From contig CAYSKR010000076.1 in the NCBI GenBank assembly GCA_964431675.1, positions 1 to 56,617 of the forward strand: a stretch of DNA of 56,617 bases. Reading direction: 5' to 3'. A program made the position numbers and the translations under genes. The DNA comes from an uncultured Myxococcales bacterium. Its GTDB lineage: Bacteria > Myxococcota_A > Polyangia > Fen-1088. Below are positions 8,165 through 17,248 of the stretch, piece by piece. The notes beneath the pieces were generated by a model, which worked only from the letters and a program-made list of their open reading frames with translations, searched no databases and was not told the origin of the DNA. The stretch's first letter is position 1. The number at the start of each line of letters is the position of its first letter.

Positions 8165-9964
8165 GTGAACGGCCAGGCAAGCAGAGAAGAACGGTCCGCG
8201 GTTCGTCCGCGAGACAAGGGGGACGTGCCCGACGATCCCTTGTCGCGGATGCGTCACTCGGCCTCCCACGTGATGGCGGACGCGGTTCGCCGTCTGCGCC
8301 CGGGGGCCAAGGTGACCATTGGTCCGTCCATCGAGACTGGCTTCTATTACGACTTCGACACCGAGCCGTTTTCGCCCGAGGACATCGAACGCATCGAGAC
8401 CGAGATGCAGAAGATCGTCGCCGCCGATCTGCCCTTCGTGCGCACGGGCATCTCGCGCAACGAGGCGCTGGCGATGTTCGAGAAGCTGGGCGAGACGTAC
8501 AAGGTCGAGATCTTGCGATCGATTCCCGAAACGGAAGAGATCTCGCTGTTCGGGCACGGCGACTTCGTCGACCTGTGCCGCGGCCCGCACGTGCAGCGCA
8601 CCAGCGACATCAAGGCGTTCAAGGTGCTGTCGTTTGCCGGCTCGTACTGGCGCGGCGACGAGCGCAACCCCAAGCTGCAGCGGGTCTACGGCACGGCGTT
8701 TCCATCGCAGGACGAACTGAAGGAACACCTGCACCGCCTCGAAGAGGCGAAGAAACGCGATCACCGGACGCTTGGCCGCGAACTCGACCTGTTCTCGCAG
8801 GACGACCTGGTTGGACCGGGCTTCGTGCTGTGGCACCCGAAGGGCGCCATGGTGCGGCAGATCGTGGAGGATCTGATCCGCCGTGAAGTCTTGCGGCGCG
8901 GCTATCAACCCGTGTACACGCCGCACGTCGCACGCGAGCAACTGCTGGAAAAGTCCGGCCACCTCGCGCACTACAAAGAAAACCTGTTCGGCGGCATGGA
9001 ACTGGAAGGGCAGCGCTATCTCGTCAAGCCGATGAACTGTCCGTTCCACATCGCGATATACCGATCACAGCTCCGCTCGTACCGAGATCTGCCGGTTCGC
9101 TACGCCGAGCTTGGCACGGTGTACCGCTACGAGCGTTCGGGTGTCTTGCACGGGATGATGCGGGTCCGCGGCTTCACCCAGGACGACGCCCACCTGTTCG
9201 TGCGCCCCGACCAGATCGAAGAAGAAATGCGGCAGTGCGTGCAGTCCGCCTTCGACCTGCTCAACGTTTTTGCGTTCAAGGACATCAAGCTGTCCCTGTC
9301 GACTCGCCCCGAGAGTTTCATGGGCGAGGTCCTGGACTGGGACCGCGCCGAGGCGTCCATCCGCCGCGTGCTCGAATCGACGGGCCACCCGTTCGACGTC
9401 GACCATGGCGGCGGCGCGTTCTACGGCCCCAAGATCGATCTCAAGATCAAGGACGCCATCGGACGCGAGTGGCAATGCGGCACCTTCCAGCTCGATTTCC
9501 AGTTGCCGGGCCGTTTCGACCTCGAATACGTCGATTCGGACGGGCAGCGCAAGCCGCCGGTCATGATTCATCGCGCGTTGCTGGGTTCGGTCGAACGCTT
9601 CGTCGCCGTGCTGGTCGAGCACTTCGCGGGCGCGTTCCCGGCGTGGCTTGCGCCGGTGCAGGTGCGCGTCGTGTCCGTCAGCGCCAAGGCCGAGGATTAC
9701 GCGCAGGAAGTGTTGAACGTGCTCCTCGGCGCCGGGTTGCGCGCCGATGCCGATCTGGCCGCCGACAAGCTCGGTGCGAAGATCCGCCGCGCGCAGGTGG
9801 AAAAAATTCCGACGATGCTGGTGGTGGGGGAAAAAGACAAGGAAGCCCGCACCGTCTCGCCGCGCATGCGCGACGGCCAGCAGTTGCCCGCCGTGTCGAT
9901 CAATGAGATCGCATCGCGGCTGGCAGCGGAAGCGACGGTCCCCATTCCGGGGGCCGCGCCGTAA
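8165..9964 (+). CDS. thrS: threonine--tRNA ligase
   Basis: 599 aa. HSASHVMADAVRRL..IGPSIETGFYYDFD (editing domain), class II motifs YLVKPMNCPFH, RVRGFTQDDAHLF, GAFYGPKID, and an anticodon-binding C-terminus. Confidence 0.95.
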   Translation: MNGQASREERSAVRPRDKGDVPDDPLSRMRHSASHVMADAVRRLRPGAKVTIGPSIETGFYYDFDTEPFSPEDIERIETEMQKIVAADLPFVRTGISRNEALAMFEKLGETYKVEILRSIPETEEISLFGHGDFVDLCRGPHVQRTSDIKAFKVLSFAGSYWRGDERNPKLQRVYGTAFPSQDELKEHLHRLEEAKKRDHRTLGRELDLFSQDDLVGPGFVLWHPKGAMVRQIVEDLIRREVLRRGYQPVYTPHVAREQLLEKSGHLAHYKENLFGGMELEGQRYLVKPMNCPFHIAIYRSQLRSYRDLPVRYAELGTVYRYERSGVLHGMMRVRGFTQDDAHLFVRPDQIEEEMRQCVQSAFDLLNVFAFKDIKLSLSTRPESFMGEVLDWDRAEASIRRVLESTGHPFDVDHGGGAFYGPKIDLKIKDAIGREWQCGTFQLDFQLPGRFDLEYVDSDGQRKPPVMIHRALLGSVERFVAVLVEHFAGAFPAWLAPVQVRVVSVSAKAEDYAQEVLNVLLGAGLRADADLAADKLGAKIRRAQVEKIPTMLVVGEKDKEARTVSPRMRDGQQLPAVSINEIASRLAAEATVPIPGAAP

Positions 9965-9985
9965 ACCCAAGCAGGAGACAAGACC

Positions 9986-10615
9986 ATCGCACGATCCAAC
10001 TATTCACCGCCGCCAAGTGGTGCCGATAACTACCGCGTGGGCCGCCGCATCCGCGTGCCCGAGGTTCGCGTCATCGGTGCCGACGGTGCGCAAGTCGGCA
10101 TCATCACCACCCAGGAAGCGCAGCGCATGGCCGACGAACTCGGCCTCGATCTCGTCGAGGTCAACCCGCGCGCCGCGCCGCCGGTGTGCCGCATCATGGA
10201 CTTCGGCAAGTTCAAGTACGAGCTGTCCAAGAAGGAGAAAGACTCGCGCAAGAACCAGACCAACGTCATCACCAAGGAAATCAAGCTTCGCCCGAAGACC
10301 GACGATCACGACATCGCGTTCAAGGTGCGGCACATCCGCCGCTTTTTGGGCGAGGGCAACAAGTGCCGACTGGTCGTGGTGTTTCGCGGCCGCGAGATCG
10401 TCCACCCGGAAACCGGCGATCAGATGCTCAACACCATGATGAAGCAGCTCGCCGACATCGCGACCGTCGAGCAGCGGGCATCCATGGAAGGTCGGCGCAT
10501 GGTCCTGCTGATCGGTCCCAAGGCGGGCCTCGTCAAGCGCCCGATCGACGGTCCGGGCGCGGTGCCGGTCGCACCTGCGGCGCCAGAGTCGGCGGCCGCG
10601 CCCAGCAAGGCGTAG
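9986..10615 (+). CDS. infC: translation initiation factor IF-3
   Basis: ORF-track version starts at GTG 10037 (RIRVPEVRVIGADGAQVGIITTQEA...). The frame is open back to the thrS stop. AGGAG (9973-9977) lies 8 nt before in-frame ATC 9986, so a non-AUG start is proposed. Confidence 0.85.
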   Translation: MARSNYSPPPSGADNYRVGRRIRVPEVRVIGADGAQVGIITTQEAQRMADELGLDLVEVNPRAAPPVCRIMDFGKFKYELSKKEKDSRKNQTNVITKEIKLRPKTDDHDIAFKVRHIRRFLGEGNKCRLVVVFRGREIVHPETGDQMLNTMMKQLADIATVEQRASMEGRRMVLLIGPKAGLVKRPIDGPGAVPVAPAAPESAAAPSKA

Positions 10616-10637
10616 ATTCACCGCGTGAACCGTTGGC

Positions 10638-10665
10638 TTGCCTTGGGAACCGGGATGGCTATACT
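10638..10665 (+). promoter_or_regulatory. sigma-70-like promoter for rpmI-rplT in the infC-rpmI spacer
   Basis: TTGCCT (10638-10643), 16 nt, TATACT (10660-10665). ATG of rpmI is 12 nt downstream. Confidence 0.5.
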
Positions 10666-10677
10666 GCGCGCCTCGCA

Positions 10678-10884
10678 ATGCCCAAGATCAAGATGAAGAC
10701 GAACAGCAGCGTGAAGAAGCGCTTCAAGCTGACGGCCAGTGGCCGCATCAAGCGCAAGCGCGCCTTCCTGCGCCATGGCCTTTCCAACAAGAGGACGGGC
10801 GTGAAGCGAAAGCTGCGTAAGGGCGGCTACATCCACAAGACCCAGGAACACCAGATCCGGGCGATGATTCCCTACGGACTTTGA
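10678..10884 (+). CDS. rpmI: 50S ribosomal protein L35
   Basis: MPKIKMKTNSSVKKRFKLTASGRIKRKRAFLRHGLSNKR..., 68 aa, internal ATG of track ORF 10186..10884. Confidence 0.95.
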   Translation: MPKIKMKTNSSVKKRFKLTASGRIKRKRAFLRHGLSNKRTGVKRKLRKGGYIHKTQEHQIRAMIPYGL

Positions 10885-10910
10885 TTTTCACGCATTAGGA
10901 GCACCGACCC

Positions 10911-11261
10911 ATGCCTCGCGCCAAAGGTGGTTACAAGTCCCGTCACCGTCGAGCCCGCATCCAGAAGCACGCCAAGGGCTTCCGCGGCGGGCGTTCGAAA
11001 CTGTGGAAAGCGGCAGTCGAAGCGGTTCACCGCAAGTGGCGCTACGCCTGGTTCCACCGGCGGAAGCGCAAGGGCGACTTCCGCGGCTTGTGGATTGCGC
11101 GCATCAACGCGGCGGCGCGCGAGGTCGGCGTGTCGTACTCGCGCCTCATCGGCGCGCTCGCCAAGAGCAACATCGCTCTCGACCGCAAGATCCTTGCGGA
11201 CCTGGCCATCAGCGATCCTGGGGCCTTCAAGAAGATCGTTGAGACAGCCAAAGCGGCGTGA
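10911..11261 (+). CDS. rplT: 50S ribosomal protein L20
   Basis: MPRAKGGYKSRHRRARIQKHAKGFRGGRSKLWKAAVEAV...INAAAREVGVSYSRLI. AGGAG Shine-Dalgarno upstream. Confidence 0.95.
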   Translation: MPRAKGGYKSRHRRARIQKHAKGFRGGRSKLWKAAVEAVHRKWRYAWFHRRKRKGDFRGLWIARINAAAREVGVSYSRLIGALAKSNIALDRKILADLAISDPGAFKKIVETAKAA

Positions 11262-12325
11262 CCGGGGCTGCTGACGCCGCTTCCCTGATCGCCGAGTTTG
11301 ATCGGCTTGGGGGAGCGTTTGAGGCCGAGATCGCCGATCTGCGCGGCGAGCAGGATCTGCGCGCGGCGCAGGCGCGCTACCTGGGCAAAAAGGGCCGCCT
11401 GTCCGAGTTGATGAAGCTGCTGGGGAAGATCCCGGCGGCAGACCGCGCCGCTGTCGGTGCGGCGGCCAACCGCTCCAAGGCCAGCATCGAGGCGCAACAA
11501 GACGCGCGCCTGGCAGCCCTTTTGGAGGCCGCCGTTGCAGCGGACCTCCGGCGCACGATCGACGTGACGTTGCCGGGGCGGGGCGGGGCGCAGGGAACGT
11601 TGCATCCTCTGACGCTGGTGCGGCGGCAGATCGAGGGCATCTTTGGGCAGCTTGGCTACGAGGTCCGCACCGGGCCGTGGATCGAGACCGAGTGGAATAA
11701 TTTCGACGCGCTTAACACGCCGCCGGACCACCCCGCGCGCGACATGCAGGATACGTTTTTCGTCGAGGGGGGAGGCGTGCTGCGGTCGCACACCTCGCCG
11801 GTGCAGATCCGCACCATGCTGGACGGGCCGCCGCCGGTGAAGATCATCGCTCCGGGCAATGTCTTTCGCCGCGACGACGACGCCACCCACACGCCGATGT
11901 TTCCCCAGGTCGAAGGACTGTGCGTCGGCAAGGACGTGAGCTTCGAGCACCTGAAGGCGACCCTGATCACGTTCGTGCGTCGCTTCTTCAGCCGGGCCAC
12001 GCAAATTCGGCTACGCCCGAGCTTCTTTCCCTTCACCGAACCGTCGGCCGAGGTCGACGCATCGTGCTTCGTTTGCGAGGGGAACGATCCGAAGCGGAGC
12101 AACTGCCGCCTGTGCAAGTCGTCGGGTTGGCTCGAAATCGGCGGCTGCGGGATGGTCCATCCCAATGTGTTCGCCGCCGTGGGCTACGACAAGCACGACG
12201 TGACCGGCTTCGCTTTCGGCATGGGCCTGTCGCGCATGGCGATGCTCAAGTATGGCGTGACGGATCTTCGCCTATTCTACGAGAATGACTTGCGTTTTCT
12301 GCGCCAGTTTTCGTCGGACGGGTAA
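11258..12325 (+). CDS. pheS: phenylalanine--tRNA ligase alpha subunit
   Basis: 355 aa. HPLTLV, FDALNTPPDHPARDMQDTFF, LRSHTSPVQIR, FFPFTEPSAEVD, and GCGMVHPNV motifs. GTGA overlap with rplT. Confidence 0.95.
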   Translation: MTGAADAASLIAEFDRLGGAFEAEIADLRGEQDLRAAQARYLGKKGRLSELMKLLGKIPAADRAAVGAAANRSKASIEAQQDARLAALLEAAVAADLRRTIDVTLPGRGGAQGTLHPLTLVRRQIEGIFGQLGYEVRTGPWIETEWNNFDALNTPPDHPARDMQDTFFVEGGGVLRSHTSPVQIRTMLDGPPPVKIIAPGNVFRRDDDATHTPMFPQVEGLCVGKDVSFEHLKATLITFVRRFFSRATQIRLRPSFFPFTEPSAEVDASCFVCEGNDPKRSNCRLCKSSGWLEIGGCGMVHPNVFAAVGYDKHDVTGFAFGMGLSRMAMLKYGVTDLRLFYENDLRFLRQFSSDG

Positions 12326-12331
12326 CCCGCG

Positions 12332-14767
12332 ATGAAGCTTTCGAAGAACTGGTTGCTGGAATTGCTGCCCGAGATCGCGGGCCGCACGACCGCGGAGATA
12401 TCGGCCGCGTTGACGTCGCTTGGCTTCGAGGTGGAAAGCGTCGACCGCAAGGGTGCGGACCTTTCCGGAGTCGTGGTCGCCGAGGTGCTGGGCATCAAGC
12501 CGCATCCAGGTGCCGACAAGTTGCGCATCGTGCGCGTGCGCGCCGCCGAGCGCGAAGAGGACGTCGTATGCGGCGCGCCGAACGTGCCCGCTCCGGGAAC
12601 GGCGTCCGTGGCCTGGGCGCAACCTGGATCACGGCTCCCGGGAGGCATGGCGATCGAGGCGCGAGAGGTTCGCGGCGTGATGTCGCCCGGGATGCTGTGC
12701 AGCGAGCCTGAGCTTGGCCTGAGCGAGCAGGGTGACGGAATAATTATTCTGTCGCCTACGGCACCGTCAGGCGCGGACTTTGTTCAGCACTTCGGCGTGG
12801 CGGACGACGTACTCGAAGTGAACGTCACCCCCAATCGGCCGGACGCGCTTTCCCACCGGGGCATCGCGCGCGAGCTGGCAGCGGCGTTTTTAGTTCAGCG
12901 CAATCGCCCGGCACCGACGTCTTTGGTGATGGCGACCGAAAAAGCCAGCACCGACGTCCGTCTGGCGGCCGGTTCAGGCTGCGTTCGCTACCACGCGCGC
13001 GTCGTCACCGGCCTGTCGGTTGGCCCAAGTCCACTGCATACACGCTTGCGTCTTGGCTATTGCGGCTTTCGCTCCATCTCGAACCTGGTCGACGTGACGA
13101 ATCTCGTCTTGCTCGAAACCGGGCATCCATTGCACGCGTTCGACCTCGACAAAGTTGAGGGGTCCATCGAGGTGCGCCGCGCGCAAGCGGGCGAACCAAT
13201 GACCACGCTCGACGGTGTCGTCCGGACGCTTGCTCCAGGCGACATCGTCATCGCCGACAACCGGGGAGCGATCGCAATCGCGGGGGTCATGGGTGGTACA
13301 CGGACCGAGGTTGGCCCAGCGACCAAGCGCGTGCTTCTGGAAGCTGCGGTGTTCGATCCGACGAGCATCAGGCGAACGTCCAGGCGCATGGGCCTGTCGT
13401 CGGAGGCGTCGTATCGGTTTGAACGCGGCGTCGACCCCGAAGGCGTTCCCGCGGCAGCCGCGCAGGCGGCTGCGCTGCTTGTGCGGCTGGGCGGCGGCGC
13501 GCTCAGCGAAGACATCGTCGACCGTTATCCAGCACCGCCGCAACCCGCGACGATTCGATTGCCCGCCGCGCGCTTGCAGCGACTGGCCGGCAAAACAATC
13601 GACATGGCGGACGCGCGCTCGGCGCTCGAATCGATTGGCATTCCCGCGCAGGTCGAAGGCACCGCCGCCGCCGCAGTTCTGGTTGCGACGATCCCAACGC
13701 GGCGACCGGATCTGACCATCCCCGAGGATTTGATCGAGGAGGTGCTGCGTCTTGGCGGGCACTACACGCAACCGGCACAAGCGCAGCTGGTCGTCGCCAA
13801 CGCGGACAGCCGCCCACATCCCGAGGCTGCGGCAGATCGCGCGCGCGATTTACTCGCCGCGCAGGGCCTGTCGGAGGTCGCGACGTGGGGATTCGTTTCG
13901 CGCGCGAGCCTGCAGGCCATCGCTGGTGCCGCACCCGACGCGGATGCCAGCAACTACCTGCGGGATGGCATCGTCGTGAAAAATCCGATCTCGACCGACT
14001 ACGACGTCATGCGGACGTCGCTGCTTCCTGGCCTCGCAGCCGCCCTGGCGCGCAACGTCGATCGCGGCATCTCAGATGCGCGCATGTTCGAGGTTGGTCC
14101 GGTCGTGCACCGCGCGCCACCGGGCCAGCGCGAACCTTCGATTCAACGAGAAGTGGCCGCGGGACTGCTTTGCGGCAGCGCAGCTGGCTGGCTCAAGCCT
14201 GGCGCTGCACTGGATTTCTTCGACGCCAAGCGCGTGCTCGAGCGGCTACTCGCGGGCTGCGGCATCACCGACGCCACGTTCGAGCCGGCGGGCGCCGCGC
14301 CATTCCTGCACCCGGGCGTGTCCGCCACCGTGCGCCGTGCCGGGGGGACCATCGGTCTGGTCGGTGAACTTCATCCGCGCGTGGCACCGCAGCTTGGCCT
14401 TTCGGCGGCCACCTTCTATTTCGAAGTGGACGTTGCAGCCCTCTTCGCCGCTCGGGCCGTTGTGCGCGCGGTTCCGCCGCCACGCTTTCCCGAAGTGACG
14501 CGCGACATTTCCTTCTGGGTCGAAAGCGAAGTCCCTGCGGCAACGTTGCAAGCGGCGTTTTTCTCTGCTGCGGAACCACTGCTGCGCGCGGTTGCCGTGC
14601 TCGAAGACTTCCGCGAGCCTGCGCACGTGCCCGCGGGCAAGAAGGGCATGCTGTGGACCATGACTTACGGTTCGGCTGGGGGGACGCTGACGGACGTGGA
14701 GGCTGACGTGGCGCACGCACGCGTGGTCCTCGCCTTGCAGGCCCGGCACGCCATCGAAGTGCGTTGA
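12332..14767 (+). CDS. pheT: phenylalanine--tRNA ligase beta subunit
   Basis: 811 aa. MKLSKNWLLELL start, tRNA-binding domain (VVAEVLGIKPHPGADKLRIVRV), B3/4 and B5 regions, ferredoxin-fold C-terminus. Follows pheS. Confidence 0.95.
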   Translation: MKLSKNWLLELLPEIAGRTTAEISAALTSLGFEVESVDRKGADLSGVVVAEVLGIKPHPGADKLRIVRVRAAEREEDVVCGAPNVPAPGTASVAWAQPGSRLPGGMAIEAREVRGVMSPGMLCSEPELGLSEQGDGIIILSPTAPSGADFVQHFGVADDVLEVNVTPNRPDALSHRGIARELAAAFLVQRNRPAPTSLVMATEKASTDVRLAAGSGCVRYHARVVTGLSVGPSPLHTRLRLGYCGFRSISNLVDVTNLVLLETGHPLHAFDLDKVEGSIEVRRAQAGEPMTTLDGVVRTLAPGDIVIADNRGAIAIAGVMGGTRTEVGPATKRVLLEAAVFDPTSIRRTSRRMGLSSEASYRFERGVDPEGVPAAAAQAAALLVRLGGGALSEDIVDRYPAPPQPATIRLPAARLQRLAGKTIDMADARSALESIGIPAQVEGTAAAAVLVATIPTRRPDLTIPEDLIEEVLRLGGHYTQPAQAQLVVANADSRPHPEAAADRARDLLAAQGLSEVATWGFVSRASLQAIAGAAPDADASNYLRDGIVVKNPISTDYDVMRTSLLPGLAAALARNVDRGISDARMFEVGPVVHRAPPGQREPSIQREVAAGLLCGSAAGWLKPGAALDFFDAKRVLERLLAGCGITDATFEPAGAAPFLHPGVSATVRRAGGTIGLVGELHPRVAPQLGLSAATFYFEVDVAALFAARAVVRAVPPPRFPEVTRDISFWVESEVPAATLQAAFFSAAEPLLRAVAVLEDFREPAHVPAGKKGMLWTMTYGSAGGTLTDVEADVAHARVVLALQARHAIEVR

Positions 14768-14806
14768 CAACGGGGCCTCTCCGATCCTGTAAATACCCGT
14801 AACCCT

Positions 14807-14836
14807 TTGACATCCGCTGGGTGGCGCGTTTAACGT
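14807..14836 (+). promoter_or_regulatory. sigma-70-like promoter upstream of ihfA
   Basis: TTGACA (14807-14812), 18 nt, TAACGT (14831-14836), 7 nt, ATG 14844. Same hexamer pair as upstream of tRNA-Val. No Shine-Dalgarno in between. Confidence 0.35.
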
Positions 14837-14843
14837 GGAACCC

Positions 14844-15122
14844 ATGACGAAGGCCGACATAGTCGAGATGGTCCACGAGAAGGTCGGCGGCTTCTCCAAG
14901 AAGGAAGCAGCGGACGTCGTCGAGACTGTCTTCGACACCGTCAAGGAAACGCTCGAGCGCGGCGAGAAGATCAAGATTTCGGGATTCGGCAACTTCGTCG
15001 TCCGGGACAAGAAAGCGCGCGCCGGACGCAACCCGCAGACCGGCAAAGAGATCACGATCAGCGCCCGCCGGGTGCTGACGTTCAAGCCGAGCCAGTTGCT
15101 CAAGAACGCGCTGAACGGGTAG
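14844..15122 (+). CDS. ihfA: integration host factor subunit alpha (HU/IHF family)
   Basis: MTKADIVEMVHEKVGGFSKKEAADVVETVFDTVKETLERGEKIKISGFGNFVVRDKKARAGRNPQTGKEI. Position after pheT as in many Proteobacteria. Confidence 0.9.
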   Translation: MTKADIVEMVHEKVGGFSKKEAADVVETVFDTVKETLERGEKIKISGFGNFVVRDKKARAGRNPQTGKEITISARRVLTFKPSQLLKNALNG

Positions 15123-15146
15123 GGCGGCGGTGCCCGGAAAGACGCA

Positions 15147-15527
15147 GTGGCGCGACGCTTTCAGGTTCCGGTAGACGAGAACGGCATCCCCGACAAGCCG
15201 TTCTTCAAGATCGGCGAGGCGGCCAAGTTGTGTGCCGTCAAGCCCTACGTGCTGCGCTACTGGGAAACGGAGTTCGGCTCGCTGCGGCCGCAGAAGACCA
15301 AGTCCAAGCAGCGCTTGTACCGCAAGAAGGACGTCGAACTGTTGCTCAAGGTGCGGGATCTGCTATACGAGCAGCGCTTCACCATCGAGGGGGCACGGCA
15401 GCGCCTGCGGGAGTTGGGCCACGACGAGGGGCCAGCGCCTGTGTTGCCGCCGCCCGACATCAGCAAGGTGACGCTCGAAAAACTCAAGGAAGGAATCGAA
15501 GATCTGATACGACTGGCCGACGACTAG
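15147..15527 (+). CDS. MerR-family transcriptional regulator
   Basis: [69 protein letters not shown] is a MerR HTH plus coiled-coil pattern. Confidence 0.85.
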   Translation: MARRFQVPVDENGIPDKPFFKIGEAAKLCAVKPYVLRYWETEFGSLRPQKTKSKQRLYRKKDVELLLKVRDLLYEQRFTIEGARQRLRELGHDEGPAPVLPPPDISKVTLEKLKEGIEDLIRLADD

Positions 15528-15540
15528 AAACACGCAAGTT

Positions 15541-15617
<77 letters not shown>

Positions 15618-15644
15618 ATCACAACGGGAGACACGCGACCTTCC

Positions 15645-16418
15645 ATGGCTGACAGGCCTCTGATATTGCTGTCCAACGACGACGGTCTTGCTGCCGATGG
15701 AATTGCTGCGGCCGAAGCGGTGCTTGCCGCGCTCGGCGACCTCATCGTGGCGGCACCTGATCGCGAGCGCAGCGCGACGGCACACTCGATAAGCCTCGAT
15801 CGTCCGCTGCGCGCCGACGAGATCCGTCCGGGCGTCTTCTCCATCGACGGAACCCCCGTGGACTGCGTGTACCTTGCGCTGTTGCATCTGGTGCCGCGCA
15901 AGCCCGACCTGGTCGTGTCGGGCATCAACAATGGCTACAACCTCGGATCAGACGTCTTCTACTCGGGCACCGTCGGGGCGGCGGCTGAGGGTGCGCTGCG
16001 CGGCGTTCCGGCGATCGCGATCTCGCTCGAGCGGCGCAAGCCACAGCATTTCGAGCACGCGGCAAAGTTTCTGGGCAGCCTGGCGGGCGAAGTCCTGCAG
16101 CGCGGGGCCACCGCAATGCCTACCGGGACCGTGCTGAACGCCAACCTGCCATCGGGTGACGTGAGCGGTTACGAAGTCACGTTTCTCGGTCGGCGCGTCT
16201 ACCGGGACATGGTGGACGTACGCCAGGATCTGCGCGGGCGCAACTACTACTGGATTGGCGGACCCGAGGCGCAGTCGGCCGATGAACCAGGTTCCGACCT
16301 GGCGGCGGTGCAGGCGGGACGCGCGTCGGTGACGCCCATGAGCCTGGACCTGTCGAATCGCGGGCTCATCGCCCCCTTGTCGGCCTGGCAGCTCAAGGAT
16401 TTCAGCGCCTTTGCCTGA
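15645..16418 (+). CDS. surE: 5'/3'-nucleotidase SurE
   Basis: ILLSNDDGLAADGI N-terminal motif, PDLVVSGINNGYNLG, YSGTVGAAAEG. Confidence 0.95.
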   Translation: MADRPLILLSNDDGLAADGIAAAEAVLAALGDLIVAAPDRERSATAHSISLDRPLRADEIRPGVFSIDGTPVDCVYLALLHLVPRKPDLVVSGINNGYNLGSDVFYSGTVGAAAEGALRGVPAIAISLERRKPQHFEHAAKFLGSLAGEVLQRGATAMPTGTVLNANLPSGDVSGYEVTFLGRRVYRDMVDVRQDLRGRNYYWIGGPEAQSADEPGSDLAAVQAGRASVTPMSLDLSNRGLIAPLSAWQLKDFSAFA

Positions 16419-16429
16419 CGGAGCCTGGC

Positions 16430-17182
16430 TTGATGCTGCGGCTGCAAGTCTTCGGTGCGTTGGTTGGTTTCCTGGTCGTTGGTGCATGCGGCACGTCCGG
16501 ACTGCCGCAGCACGCGACGGATCCGCCGGGATCGTGGCACACCGTCGTCGAGGGCGAAACACCGGCGGACCTCGCGGCGCGCACCGGAGTTCCGCTGGAG
16601 GATCTGCTCGAGATCAACGGCCTGCGGCGGACAGACAAGTTGCGGCCAGGACAGTTGGTGTTTCTGCTCGATCCCAGGGGGTTGTCGCGCCCGACGCTGG
16701 CCGAGTCGGGACGTTCCACGATCACCGAACCGCCCCGCGCGAGGGCCGCGCCCGCGGGCCGCTGGACGGCACCGGTGGCAGCGCCCGAGGCGCTGGGGCC
16801 GGGGGGATTGCGCTGGCCGCTTGCTGCGCCCAGGCTGACCTCCGCCTTTGGACAGCGCCAAGGACGCCCGCACGAAGGCATCGATCTTGGTGCAGCGACG
16901 GGGACACCCATCTTCGCCGCCAGGGAAGGAACTGTCCTGTACGCCGGGGATGCCATCCGCGGCTACGGCAACATGGTTGTGCTTGGCCACCATGCGGATC
17001 TGTTGACGGTTTATGCACACAGCTCGGTGCTGCTCGTGCGAACCGGTGACCGAGTTGCCACCGGGCAAACGATTGCGCGCGTCGGACAAAGCGGGCACGC
17101 CACCGCGCCGCACTTGCACTTTGAAGTCCGGCGCGGTCAGGTGCCGCAAGATCCGTTGCAGGAATTGCCACCGCTGCGGTGA
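16430..17182 (+). CDS. LysM + M23 peptidase lipoprotein (NlpD-like)
   Basis: Lipobox LVVGAC. LysM segment HTVVEGETPADLAARTGVPLEDLLEINGL. M23 motifs HEGIDLGAATGTPIFAA and GHATAPHLHFEVR. Confidence 0.9.
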   Translation: MMLRLQVFGALVGFLVVGACGTSGLPQHATDPPGSWHTVVEGETPADLAARTGVPLEDLLEINGLRRTDKLRPGQLVFLLDPRGLSRPTLAESGRSTITEPPRARAAPAGRWTAPVAAPEALGPGGLRWPLAAPRLTSAFGQRQGRPHEGIDLGAATGTPIFAAREGTVLYAGDAIRGYGNMVVLGHHADLLTVYAHSSVLLVRTGDRVATGQTIARVGQSGHATAPHLHFEVRRGQVPQDPLQELPPLR

Positions 17183-17248
17183 TCCCCACTTGCCTGATCA
17201 TGATGCCGCGATCCATGTCAACATCGCCGCTACACTGGTGGGCCTAAC

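Noticed and set aside
8165-15527. thrS-infC-rpmI-rplT-pheS-pheT-ihfA-merR synteny as a finding.
   Set aside because: This is a well-known conserved arrangement, so it is reported only as features.
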